DNA of 64,000 bases, taken from positions 24,614,001-24,678,000 of the forward strand of contig CM060733.1 in NCBI GenBank assembly GCA_030704615.1, read 5' to 3'. Position numbers and translations under genes: made by a program. Below, in pieces: positions 1 to 13,200 of this stretch. The DNA comes from Takakia lepidozioides. Its lineage: Eukaryota > Plantae > Bryophyta. How positions within the stretch are numbered: position 1 is the stretch's first letter; each line of letters begins with the position of its first letter. The notes under the pieces were generated by a model. That model made no database searches. It was not told where the DNA came from and saw only the letters and a program-made list of their open reading frames with translations.

Positions 1-3000
1 CCAGTGTTGTCATATCAGCTTTTGAAGTTTCCTGGCAGTAGCGTTACACTACCTGGCAATCAAAGCCAACAATTCGAGATGTTGGTGGTAGTCTAGTCAG
101 ATACTAAAATGCTGTCAGGAGTCAAGAGCAGCTATCTGGTGGTATATACCCCACAGCTAAGCAGGACTAAGAAGACTTGGTGAGTGCCACAAAATCTCAC
201 CCTCTCAGCAGATTCAGAAATACGGGCAAATACTCCGAACAGTTGTGCTGAGATTGCATCCCCAAGTCTGCAATTTAACATAGTCACAGCTGATTACTGA
301 AGGTGATATATAGAGAAATACACCTGAAATGACATGCTTCATCAACAGTCTCCGGCATTGAAAAGAGCACGTACCCTTTCTCTCCTATAAGAGGACTCTG
401 AAGTCCAATCAAAAGTACCTGTCCCCACAACGCAAACAGCAGACCTGCTGAGATGTTATTACATTGAGGTGGTGGTGCTGCAATCACCAAACTCTGGTTG
501 CTAGAATCACCGATTGAGTTTGTCATCTAAGGGAATGGAAAAATTAGAAAATGACTTCCAAAATGGACACTGCTCTTCAGCAAGAAAGGGCAGTGTATGA
601 TAGAGAAGAATCCAGAGCAACCCATGGAGGATGAATTCAAAATGGGTAAAGACCTGAGTGCGCTTTTTAATGCTTGCTTCCAAATGCTTTAAGTTGGCCA
701 CTTAACAGCTTAGTCCCCTCACAAATGTGAGAAGATGCTTAGTCTGCCTTGATGTCATGTAAATTGGGGCAGCCCTTGGACAAACCAAAATGACCTTTGT
801 TCACATACAAAAGGTTTGCGGGGTGCAATTCTTTTTACAACTTTCCTTCACTTACAAAGTTCCAATTTCCCCAACCAAGGCTGCATGGGATAGATGTCCC
901 TTCCCTACGGACTTACGTCTCAAGGTTTCAGGCAAGAAGTGACATATTATATGAAGTGACATGTGCAAACATGCTACAACAGCCTGCAGGTAGTGTTCTG
1001 GCCAGAGGCACTACCCTGGTCCAGCGGGATTCTGGCACATGATCCATTTGCCCATTTATGCTCTCGAACAACCGAATCATGGCTGCACCTAGCCTCTGCA
1101 TCACCTGCCATCCAACCAGCCAACAAAAAGTTGCTGTTTTATTACCTTCATCTTTGTTTGTATAACAATATACTCCATACAGTTATTGAAGCTAGGAGAA
1201 AACCAGAAAGCCCAAGACCTTTAAGTCTGATTGATTTCATGGCCTTGCACATCTTTCCCTGGCAGATTCAGATCAATCTACCATGCTGCTCAAATCATGG
1301 GCATCGCGGAAGTTAAGGCAACAAAGCCTACTGTGCCAAAGTAAAACTCAACCAGAGCCAGAACCAGAGCCAAGCAAGCAATAACATGTCATGGATCCCA
1401 AAATGGTTGAAAGATTTTCTGCTTTCTTTGTTGGACAGAAAACTTCTACAAGCTCACAATGAAGGGTGTGACCATGCTCATGAAGGTCTCAGGGTTAACC
1501 AATAATTTCCAACAACTACGCCATCGACAAAGATGACAAACATCTACAAAGGTCCAATTAAGAAGACAGTACCTCAGGATTGTATAGCTGCAACACACCC
1601 TGATAGATAGTCCGCACTAGATCTATGTCTATCCCAGGTCCCTCCACCTGTTCACCTACAAACCAACCATTGCAACCTCAAATAGCTGAAAGCTGAGGAA
1701 AGCTTGTCCCAAGGAAAATCACTCCAACCAAAGAGAAGTAATTTGCCAAAGTAGCAAAGAATTGATCCTGTTTAGCTTAAAAATTTAGTTCTGGGATTAC
1801 AGAGAATTCTCAAACATTCTTTGATTGTGCGGGGTTTGTTAAATGCAACCAATTTCTTCTGATTGATAGGATGGATGGACCAGCACTACCAAAAGAAGCA
1901 GAAAAAATAGGATCTGAGCCTCGAGAGAAACCTCGTGTACGAACTCGGGGTCTTCTCTCTCCAGTTTCGTCATCCCTATGCCGGAGGGACTGCTGACCTT
2001 TGAAGGCCAGAGTGAGAAATTTAACTGATGAAAAAGTGTCCTCCAAGGCATGCCCCAACTGTGGAAGTGCGCGTGGAGAGGTTGCTGCATCCTAAGGAAA
2101 GAAAATACAATTCAAGCTAGTTAAGAAAGACATTCCAGTCAGCTAGATGAGATTTGCTTAGTATCGGCACTCCTGTCGTTGATAAGAATTGAGACTAAGT
2201 AGCTAAGTGCCTCACCCATACGGAACCTAAATGAGTGGAGTCATTTGACCAACTAAATATGAAACCTTACGTTTTTAGGTCTTTCCATCCCCTTACAAAA
2301 CTTCCTTTCACTTCAGTTACCATTTCACCCATTACCTCTAGCTGCAACTATATGTAATCCAGTATGAGAGCCCCACTCTACTTGGCACTAAATTGGTTGA
2401 AGGACTTCTGACATCTTAATCGAAACCAGCTACTAGTTCAACAGTACAAACAAGTTTATAGTTGTGCAGTCCCTCCACCTCCACTCTGTTATTGTGCTTC
2501 TCCTTTGGCAGTTAGGAAATTCATTGTTAGTTGGAAATAAAATGAAGCAGATTGTACTCATAAGACGTTGTTTGCCGTAGCCTTGTGGCCATTGACCCCG
2601 CGCCCAGTTTGAGTGGGAACAAAAGGGACAGAACCTACCTCTGTCAGGGGCTGACGTTGGTAGTAAGACTTACCTTCATATATAGAATTAATCCGGGTTT
2701 TCCAGATATCCTCTAGAAATCCCTTCACACAAGCATCAATCTGCTGTGTGTGATTTGCCCAAAAACTAGGCCTCAGGAGGGCCTGGGCTTTTGGCTCAGC
2801 CTCGAGACTTTCAAAGTTGGTAAACAGGGGTACAGGCACAATTCCCTTGATAGATTTGAAGAGAGCGTCTCTTTGGTGAGAGAACCCCGGACAGTGTATC
2901 AGAAAATGAATTCTGTCTTCAGATTGCCCACACAACGGGCAATTGCACTCTCCCTTTCCTCTCTGCTTCTGTTTGCTGTTCAAAGGTAGGCTTCCTGCCC

Positions 3001-6000
3001 TGAGTTTAAATTTCAGTCTAGTGCCGAGAGTGGGTAGACCCTTGAGGTCATCCAAGATGTCCTCCCCCATGTCACTGACTGGAAACAAGTTCAGGGAAGT
3101 TTTCTGCCTAACTTCATTTTCATCAGACAATCTCATGGCAACAGACATGGCTTTGGACACTACAGCCTCTAAGTCAGATTTATCCAGCAGGGTCAAGACT
3201 TGCGGATCCAGGTCCAGGTCCTTGAGAATCTCTTCTACTCTCTTCTGCCAGGACTTAGCCTGTTTGACAGGGCGGTCCTGTTTCCAAGATATAGAGTCGA
3301 TTAACTTAGGATATCTGGTGTTGGACATATGTTGCAGCTGACCCCACCATCTGACCTTGAATTCATCTCGTCGGGAGCTTAAGGACGGAATGCCAAACTC
3401 ACCCCGAACAGCCACATTGGCTGTTTTGGAGCATGCTGACATACACTCCTTAAGCACCCCCACTTGAATGGATTCTAGAGACTTAGCCTGGTTGGAGTTA
3501 TCAACCCATATTGCAGCTCCGTACTCCAAGGCAGGTCTAATAACGCGACAAAGCATGGTTTTCTTAACCTCATAGTTGACCCCTCTGCAGTGGAAAAATT
3601 TAGTGAAAAATTTAGTGAGCCCCAGAGCTTTGCCCTTGCCAGTTTGAACAACTTTCCGGATATGTGCATCCCAATTACAATTGGAGGAAAACTCAACGCC
3701 CAGGTAAGTGTAGGAAGGGAGGACCGGGATCTCTTGGCTACCCCACTGCCACTTAAGATCACTTCCTCCCTTTCCTCTGTCGTTGAATGCTACCACTGCA
3801 CATTTGCTGACATTAGCCTCTAGCCCCCAAAGATCAAAGTATCTCTTCGCGCAATCAATCAACTCCTGGAGATTGGTTGGAGTCTCCCCTATGCCTGCGA
3901 AGTCATCCGCAAACATAAGGGCTGGTATGGTGGTATCACCCACCCTTAACCCAAATCCCTCACTTTCCAAATACTCGAGGAGTTGATTGATGAAAACATT
4001 GAAGAGCAGAGGGGAGAGAGACATCCTTGAGCTACACCTTGGTCTATGTCAAAGAAGTTGGACTTCTGTCCGTTAACAGTGACACAGCTTTTGGTGTGAG
4101 CATACAAGTTGTGGACAACTCTCCACATCTTTCCCTTGATCCCACAAGACCAGAGGCGGAACCATAGGCCATCTCTCCACACTGTGTCATAAGCCTTTTT
4201 GACATCCAGGAAAAAACCATAAGTGGGTTTCCCTTCTTTTTTCCTTCCCTGGATAATCTGGCTTAGAGTGAAGATATGATCCACACAGCCCCTGTTTCGC
4301 CGAAAGCCAGCTTGGCCTTCGTGGAAACAACCTCTAGACTCCAGATCAACCTCGAGACGAGTACTTATAACTCTGCAGAATGTCTTGCCAACAGCATTGA
4401 GGAGCGTGATGCCACGGTAGTTCCCCGGTTCTTCTCTGTCACCCTTCTTGTATAGATTGACAATGATCCCCTGTCGCCAGCGAAAGGGGATCATTTCAGT
4501 CTTCCAGATAAGGTTAAAGAGGAGAACTAGGGCCTCTATCATGGGATCGCCACCGTGCTTGATAAGCTCGTTGACAATACCATCAGGTCCACCAGCTTTA
4601 TGTCCATTTAAATGTTCAATTGCTTCCACAATCTCAGAAGAACTAATGGGAGCGTTATAAGCCATTGAAATATACTCCACTTCATCAGGGCTGTTTTGAA
4701 TCATAGGAACAGTTTTTCAACTGTGTCCGGCGATGTGAATTCTGAGTTGCCAAGCAAGCCCAATACTCAACACGCCGCATTAACTCAGCTTCGGCGGAGG
4801 GTACTCGACCCAAGTTCTGCCAAGGATACTGTAGTGAGTTTCAAAGGTTTTGACAATGTCAACCGATGAAGTCACCACTGCACCTTTAGTAGTCTTCAGC
4901 GCTTGTACTTGCTGACCGGTTTTCGGCTTGTACAAACGTTGAAGGGCCAACCAGAATTTCTTGTCATTACCACCATGGTGGTTTGAGTTTATTTCACTGT
5001 ATAACTTGTCCCAGTATAATTTCTTCTGAGACCTAACAAGCTGACTGATATCTTTACGGAGCTGGTAGTACCTCGCCCACAATTCTCTGTTGGTTTTCAA
5101 ATTGCAGCACTCTTTATAGAGGGCTCGTCTCTCAGCTATCTTGAGTTTAATCTCATAATAAAATGAAGCAGAGATTAGGAGCAATGGCCTACTTGCAGGA
5201 GTTGCAGCAACGACGGCATTTCTAGTCGCTTCAGTCCAGACCCATGTCGATTGCGCCCTCCTTTTAAAGGCCCTCCAGTACCCGCCTCATTGTCCTCAAC
5301 CTCCATATCAGAAATACTCTGCCTTTCCACTTCTTGGGCACTGGCCTTCTCAGACACTCCTGAAGAACTGGACGCCGCATCCAACTTGGTTGTCATACCT
5401 CCAAATGGTCTGTGACATTGCAGCACACGTCACAATCTCCAAGCAAAGGCATACCCTACATCCTACTACACATCTACCTTTCATTTCTCTTCCTCATGAG
5501 CTTTGAGTAGTTCTTTAGTTTCTGGGAATTTGTTCTCTGTTTTGTTTAGATGTCCTATTTGTGTCCCTAGGGCCCTTTTTCCCCTTCCCATGGAGACAGT
5601 TACACTGCATACCACACTATGACCCTGAGAGCCAGTCCAATGTTAAATGAACATTTTGCATAATCTGTATAAATTTGGTTAATCAGTTCCTTGTGACGCA
5701 GCCTCTTCTTACAAGATTCCCCCACATGTACAGCAGAATAGCCATTTCTGAGAGTTGTGATGGTACCCTTTAGTCTGAAATGAGGGTGCAGCCGAATGTC
5801 ACTGGAGTTTTTCCAATGTAAGAAAGCTGCTTCTCAAAAATCCCAGCAATGACTTGTGGGTCAAGCAAAGGGTGGCGATCAAACCTTTCCACTTCGGAGG
5901 TGAACTGCTGTCTTGGATCTCCCCCAAAGACAGCCAGAGTGTGCTCGCCACCTGCCACCACAAAAAGAGGTCGTTTGCCATCCTCGAACCCCTGGAGCAA

Positions 6001-9000
6001 TATAGGAGACAGCTGAATTTCACTGCAAAAGAAATTGCACGAAGTAGTTCAAAAGTTGTTGTAAATCTTCTCCAAACGGAAGCCAGGGTTACTGACAACA
6101 TTGACTTGGTTACATTTGACGACAGAGAGAGTGGCAGACCACACCTGTCACTCTTTCCGAGCTGACTCTGTTCACAATCCCCCCATCCATAGATCTCACC
6201 GTCCTCCGTCAGAATGACAGAATGGCGAGCACCGGCAGATGCTTGAGCTACATGCTTGCCATCAAGACCCACTACCTGCTGTGGACTTAATACGTCCTCT
6301 TTGATGCCCAGGCCCCTTTGCCCCCAGAGTCCTCGTCCCCACTGTTACACATCTGCGTATGTTAGTTGAAATTCCTTATTGAAAGGGTCTTGCAATCTTC
6401 ATCATCCATGACGTGGAGGTGCAACATGACCACAAAGCTTCAACAAACAAGTAGAACAGTAACTCACGGAGAAAAGCACACCCTCGCTGTTAATAGCCAG
6501 GGTATGGTCCCCACCACAGATGACTTGCACAATCATCTGATCTGCCAACGCTCTTACTGGCACAGGACGAGCCTCATTCTTGATGCTTCCATGTCCAAGC
6601 TGACCATACTTTCCTCTCCCCCAGGTGAAAACCTGCAGTTATGAACTTGTCAGTACACAGCTGGAGGCAGCACATAAGGCTAACACTAGTGTACACCAAG
6701 CATCAACCTGAATTGCAGAAAACATCTGAAGTGACGCATAACTCCACATTTTGTGTAAGAACAGGCAAATCAGACATAATTTACTGACATTGTCAAACGA
6801 CAGAAGAACAAGGATGGAGACTCTTCTAAATAGGATGAGAAACCACCTATGTGGAACCAGACGGAGGAGTTTCTCACCCTAGAAAAGCCTTGTTGTTTAA
6901 AAACCCAAAAGAAGAGGTGTGATGGTAGTAGACACCTGGTCCTGACAATGCAGATTCAAAAGCCTTATCTTCCCTCTGTTTCTTAAGAACAACAACACAC
7001 TTTTATTTCCTACTAATCGTTCTACAAAAGAGGAAGTGTGGGATACCCCAGTGACAATGGGTTCCTTCCTTACCTGCCCATCTACTGTTAGAGCAGCACT
7101 GTGATTCTCTCCACACGCAATCTGCCATCACTTCCCACTTCAGAATTTACACTTGGATTACCAGATATCACAGAGCAGATATTTTGACATCCAAGATCCA
7201 ATATCAATCTGCTTGTTAAGCTGCTGAGAGAAAGTCAATGTAATCAGAGCCTTGTTATGCAGCTAGATCTAGCAAGCATGCATCCTGATATCACCTCAAG
7301 AAGCATTGACACTAAAAAAGTACCTGAACAACACCCAGACCCCAGAGGATCTCCACAAGCGCAGGTGTGTTGCGGCTCTCCATGTCCCCAAGGCCCAAGG
7401 CACCAAAATTGCCCTGCCCGAATGAGTAGACGTCCCCGCTGCCTGTGTATGCTATCAACCTCGTAAGTGGTAGAAAGCAATAAGGCACTACTATCAAAGA
7501 TGAGTAGGACAGCACCTGTAAGAGCCACGGTGTGAGCAGCCCCTGCTGCCACCCGTGAAAAGTGGAAATCCCGTGATCCTTTGACAATGCGAGGCAGTAC
7601 GCCATCAACTATCCCCCCCGCATCCTTCAGGCCCAGCTGTCCAAACTCTGCTCCCCCCCACGACGCCAGCGCACCTGTGTCTGCCAACATTCATCCTCCA
7701 TAATGAGCTACATCTGCTACTTCAAGAAGTACACCAATCTACCCAAAAAGGATGCAAATGCCTACAGGTGGCAGATCTTCAAAATTAGTCACAATTTCAC
7801 AAGCTTCAACAACCTAGATATTTTGTCAAGACTGCAAAGGTCTAGAATCAGCTTCTTTATGACCTCGCACCTGGGAAGCCATAAAAAGACTTGTCATCAA
7901 TGCATACCCTGAGTCCGTAGAGAAATCAACACTAACCTGTCACAGCCACGGTATGTGTACGCCCACACGCTACATGGGTAATGATGTGTGTATCAAGTGC
8001 TGCAACTCGAACAGGAGACAACTGGCCTTCTCGCATCCTGGTTCCCAATTGACCCTCATCATTGCTTCCGGTTGTGAAGACTTCCCCCTCACCTGGCAAT
8101 TTTTACTCATCAATGTATAGAATATGCAATTTCACAAAGCATCTCCCAAGCCACTGACACATTGGATAATAATAACTGTAGGCAGTCAGCTTAAGTTGTC
8201 TGAATCTTTACTGTCCAAGGTCAGAGATGAATAGACCAATAGGGCATCTTTGAGACTGAGCCACAATCCATAGGTTCTGTGAAAGTTGGGGGTTTTGGTT
8301 GGTCGCTTGCTTGTCAGTTGCAAAAATACTCATAGATACAAGCCCCTTTCTCGACTGAAATTCTCCAACATAGTCACTTCGTAGAGTAATGAACAACATA
8401 CTTGTACAGTCCATTCTTTAAGCATGCATTTTTCCTTCAAATTACCTTTGACCCCAGGTTAAGGTACAACAACTGCTCTCAGACTTCCCTAGTCCAGGCA
8501 GATCAACCAAAACATAGGACATAGGAAGCTAACACATGGTGAGAGGTCCACCATGCCAAATTGTGCACTCAAAGATTGACAGAGACCCATGCGGAAAAAT
8601 ATTGTTTGCCACCAGCACCATTTCAGCCTCAGGACACCAGCCAGGAGAAGCAATACCACCCTTCCTGTGTGGTAAATGCAAAATCTAATGTAGTGGCTGA
8701 AATGCAAAGGTCAGATAGAGGCACTTGCAGTGCAAATTTATGGCTCCAGATGCCATAGTCACTAATGCCTGACAGGAGATGACAAGAACTACCAACCTGT
8801 GAGAAATGCAGTATGGTAGTCCCCAGCTGCAATGTGCACAATATCTTGGGCCTCCAAACTGCCCACAAGTGTCGGTGAACTGTGATCACTGTCGTCGCCC
8901 ACCCCCAATTGCCCTAAGTCTCCTCTCCCCAAGGAGTAAACTGTGTTCACAAAGCATTGCTCGCATTAACCAGCATCATCAAATGCTTCCAGTTCGACAA

Positions 9001-9321
9001 CCAACCTCAACAAAATTAAGAGAGGTTTCTCAGATGGCAGTATAGATATCTTATAAATTGACTTCACAGTTCCCAGGGTACTATCACCAGAAATGTTGTT
9101 GAAGCAGCAGTACCCTCTGGCACAACAACAGCTTTCAACTACGCATAGCAAAAGTGACTGCACCAAGGATTTTCGAAACAACACGCTAACCCCAAAGAAT
9201 TTTTCTCTTGCTCGTTCGAACCTAGTCCGTTTCCAAACAGAGCAAATCTTGTATTGCCAAATTCATGCCAAAGTTCACAATCAGTAAACTGGCCATCATG
9301 AAGCCACGGAACTGCGTCCAT
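1..9321 (-). CDS. Multi-exon RCC1-repeat protein, probably a small-HERC-like RCC1+HECT E3 ubiquitin ligase (3' part outside window)
   Basis: Phase-consistent exons translate to RCC1 repeats: YSLGRGDLGQLGVGD..VHIAAGDYHTAFLT (~8796-8940), EGEVFTTGSNDEGQLG..HVACGRTHTVAVT (~7937-8092), WGGAEFGQLG..RVAAGAAHTVALT, DVYSFGQGNFGALGLG, IACGENHSAALT, VFTWGRGKYGQLGHG, ASAGARHSVILTEDGEIYGWG, VVAGGEHTLAVF. Downstream helical exons (GIDIDLVRTIYQ, RVLLIGLQSPLI) resemble the HERC linker. The HECT domain itself is not visible. Start MDAVPWLHDG at 9321 is inferred from splice phase. Confidence 0.8.
2552..5156 (-). mobile_element. 5'-truncated LINE, family A copy 1 (RTEX-like), in an intron of the RCC1 gene
   Basis: ORFs 3946-4704 and 2558-4024 give RT motifs (KAGGPDGI, NYRGITLL, QAGFR, DVKKAYDTV, GVAQG..LSPLLF, FADD, YTYLGV) and a C-terminal CPLC..HFLIHC knuckle. 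16-bp TSD AATAAAATGAAGCAGA at 2536-2551 and 5157-5172. 1-nt frameshift near 4020. Confidence 0.95.
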
Positions 9322-9779
9322 CAACTTTCCATGATCCAGAACTTGGTCAGTTCTCCTAAGATTTAACTGTTAAACCTGACGCTGTGAACATCGATCCTCC
9401 CCAACATGTGCAAAGAATTATAATATCTCTCCCAAATACAGTCCTCCTGGTTCGTTGTTGTATGATACACAGCAAAAAGGTAGGGCATGTGGGTTGATGC
9501 AGGAGAAATAAATCCAGAACACTGCATGCAAGTTTACAAAAACCGCTTCTCGTTTGAGAAGATTGACGTCCAAAGGTGGTGTGATTCGGTACCAGATATA
9601 GAAGGCCGAGTTCCAGGCCGCCCTGTACCGCCTAGCATCGCTCCAGCTCTTCTCCTCAACAAATGTGAAGCCTCAAACGTCAATCATGCCCTTCCTCCCA
9701 CTGTCTGCTGATGGGACGAGCATCAGGTCAACCGCGAGTAACTTAACAAGCGGGCATCGTTCTTCGTAAGCTCACCTTC

Positions 9780-10219
9780 CAGGCCTGCTGGATTCCTCGT
9801 CCTTCATTTTGACCGGGATTCAATTCCGAGAATCTCTCTACTTTTCTTTTCAACCTAGGAGATTTGAACCCAGGACCCATATTTTATGGCGCTACAGTTC
9901 CTTCTCTGGGTCGAAATCTGAATTTATCGAGAGATGCAAAGAAGGTACTTCAATCGCTAAGCAACACGACAGTTTGGAAGAATTTGAAGTCAAGACTCAA
10001 ATTTCGATTCTGAAGTCGAGATGGGTCAGCTGGGAAGGATGTGCTGGAATGCTAAGAACATTGGGTTTGTGTGGAAGAGATTCTAAATGAGTGACAGAGG
10101 ATTTTGCTTTGAACAAAAAGAATTCTTGAGGTTGAGAGGACAAGTGGGTAGGTAGGACAATCACGTAAAGAATGGTGCGTAGCCGGACATACTCATCTGA
10201 GGAATGTAGGTGGATCAGT
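9780..10219. promoter_or_regulatory. Compact bidirectional promoter and 5' UTR region shared by the RCC1 gene and LAF3
   Basis: Divergent genes. The putative 5'-UTR intron donor of the minus gene (GGAAG|GTGAGC, ~9775) and the LAF3 ATG (10220) are under 450 bp apart. Confidence 0.5.
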
Positions 10220-13200
10220 ATGAATCAGCAGCAGCAGCGCAGATTTTCGTGGGCTATGCCACTTGGGGTGATGCTGCCGCTGGTGATGTTGTTGTTGATG
10301 TCCACTTCCATCGTTTCCAAAGGTACTTGCTTTTCCCAGCATTCGACCAGCCGAGTGTGAGCCAAATTTTCTGAAGTCTGTGGGCTTCCACTGAAGATTG
10401 GAATGGCTGCCTCACTTTGGGTTCTTGCATCACTGCATGGTGGTGCGATCCTCCCATACTTGCCGGACACGTAGCTGCGTTCATCACTTGAATGACCCAT
10501 TGAACTTGGTTCAAGATCATCTTTGGTCCACATGTGCTTAAGTATGTTCAGATCACATATAGACTCTAGCTGAGAAGATTACAAGTTTCAATTTCAATTC
10601 GTCTGGATATTCTAACAAACTCGTATGGGCATGAACAATTTTTGGTTTCTGGTGAATCTCTCGATACCTCAGCTGCCGGGTCTACTGGTTGATTGGAAGG
10701 GTTTTTCTTCTGAATTGGGCTGAGGAGCATGTAGATGGTGATAGTTGGTCGAGGCGCAATGTCTTTCACTGCAAACATTACGCTTGGCAAGTAGTAGCCA
10801 TGCAGTAGATTGACATGCTGGCTGGTACTACATGGCTGGTGGCTGCAGAGAAGTATGTGGGGCTGACGGAAGCTTTCAGAAGAGGCCTGAGCTGGGAGCT
10901 GAGAAATCACACAGCTGACACAGTCTTTACAAATGCAGTGATATGGACGGGCAATTCTAGTCAGCCCTGGGCACAGTGCATGGCAGTGCGGGATGGACAC
11001 ATTCTGAGCATTGGCTCGCTTAACCAAGTGCAGGTGCAGAGTTAGGAGCATATTATTTGTCTCTGTGCAGCATCCTCCCCAGTCAGCTTGACTGCAGCCC
11101 TTGCTAGACTTCTTTGAGCAAATTACACATGTATAACTATACTTCTCTTATTTGAAACCAGTGTTGCTTTGGACAGCACACGATCGGTCCCCATACCGAA
11201 GTTGTCAATCTGGATGGAAAGTTTGTGACTCCCGGCTTCATTGATTCACATGTTCACTTTATTTCTGGTGGGCTTCAGGTACGTCTCACCAACATTTAAC
11301 TCTGGCATTAGTGTGGTTCTGCTTGCTGGGAATCCTCTCTCTATCCTATCATGTTGGCTACCACCATCTTTCATATCGACCTTATGCTGTATGTTTTGTG
11401 GTGTTTCTGACAGCCAAGTCTTGTTATCAGTGTACTAACATGAATTTCATCATTCTGCGACACTTTCTGTAAATTGGTCCTATTTGCATGTGCAAACAAT
11501 ATTGACTCTCCTAAGGGCTTTATGCTTACAAACCTCTTTGTGGGGCTTTACGGTGTGATTGCAAGGACAGATGGCACAAGTGGATCTCAGCAGTGTACGA
11601 AGCCATGCTGATATTGCAAGCAAGCTTAGATTGGCTGCAGAAGGTACTCCATTCATACAGCTACAAATCCAAGACAATTGTGAAAAGGAAGGATGACATG
11701 ACATAAATACGGCATGGCTATCTGCCAGACCGAGCACAACTTTGAGGCTCCTGAGCGTGTGTAGGTCAATTCAGGCAGGTCCTCTACAAGGGATTGGTTG
11801 TATTATCCACTTAAGTTGACCAAGCTTGCTTGTGATCTGGCAGGTACAAAGAAGGGGCAGTGGATCCTTGGTGGAGGATGGAACAATGAGAACTGGGGGG
11901 GAGAGTTACCCGAGGCGTCCTGGATTGATAGTGTTACACCAGACCATCCTGTAAGTCTTTCATTGATTTCATGTGTTAATTTCTGTTTGCACAGCTATAA
12001 TAATATATATCTTTGAATTATGGACAGACTCCTTGGACGGGTGTCAGTTCTGGGGATATCAGAGCCCCGCCCACTGTCTCAGAGCACTGGGAGGCACAAT
12101 CATTAGGATTTGATGCATCCTGTATGCTTTCATCTAACTTCAGCCAGCATTGAGATCAGTACATGCTTGTGCCTTGTCAGACACCCCCAGAGAAAAGCCT
12201 GGATGTGTAGTGCCAAGTATGCATAGTTCCCCTTTTCTATGTCGTAAAAGTTGGCCTTAACGGCGTAGTTTCAAAGAAGATATGATGGGAGTGAGGTGCA
12301 GGTGTGGGTGTACCGATCTGATGGGCACATGGGGCTGGCCAACTCAGTTGCACTGGCTCTGGCAGGCATTGATCATGATGTGCAGCAGCCACAAGGGGGC
12401 ATCATCATTAGGGATAGCCATGGGGGTATCTTTCCAACCACTTCACATAGACATCATGTAATGTCACGAAGCAAGTTTTGGGAGATTTTTCTTCACCTCT
12501 ACAGTTCTGATGGGAGTACTGGCATGGGTTTTGGCACATCCACTCGCCAGGGAGACCTCTCTGGCCTGCCGTCACCAGACAGTAAGGGGGAGCAATTTGT
12601 TAAGTGTTAAATGATATGCAGTGAGACCCTAGTGATGGGTAACTAGTGCCTTTTCTGTAGTACTGCTGATAAGTGCGTTTGATCATCTGATGCTCAATGT
12701 CTGAGGCTATTTAGCAGATGTTCTGATAAGCCTAAGAGTGTCAGGTTTTTACTCATTATGTGAGGTTCTGGGCATCACATCCCAGGTCCACAGATTCGCT
12801 CATTAGTGTATGGAACTTACCAACTGTTGTGGTGGGTGTTGGTTAAACATTATCTGCGTGAAGACCCAACAGGAGTGTTGCTGGATGCAGCAATGGCACT
12901 TCTAATCCCCTGCATTCCAGAACCATCAGTTGAAGAAAGAAGGGCAGCACTGTCCAGAGCAAGCCAGATGGCATTGGCTAGGGGAGTAACATCTGTGATT
13001 GACTTTGGGAGGAGTGTTTTTGGAGCAAGAACACAGCTTTCTTGGGCTGATTTAGACGGTAATTTGTCTGCATTTCTTTAGAGACCCCTTGTTTCGATGT
13101 AAAATTAGGTGGTTATCCCACACCTTACCACATCACCACAGAAATTGTACCTTTGACTTCCTTGCTGATTTGCACAGACTGAAGCTTGCTTCTCAGTATT

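Noticed and set aside
2943-3341. Antisense 132-aa ORF duplicated at 49300-49698
   Set aside because: It is the shadow of the LINE ORF; the identity simply reflects the two young copies.
4729-4811. HDV-like or hammerhead ribozyme inside the LINE
   Set aside because: No P1/P1' pairing or catalytic core could be built on either strand. The CTGATGA in copy 2 is ordinary coding sequence.
12546-12565. GCCAGGGAG-AC-CTCTCTGGC palindrome in a LAF3 intron resembling the element motif
   Set aside because: Single isolated copy with different outer arms; compatible with chance.
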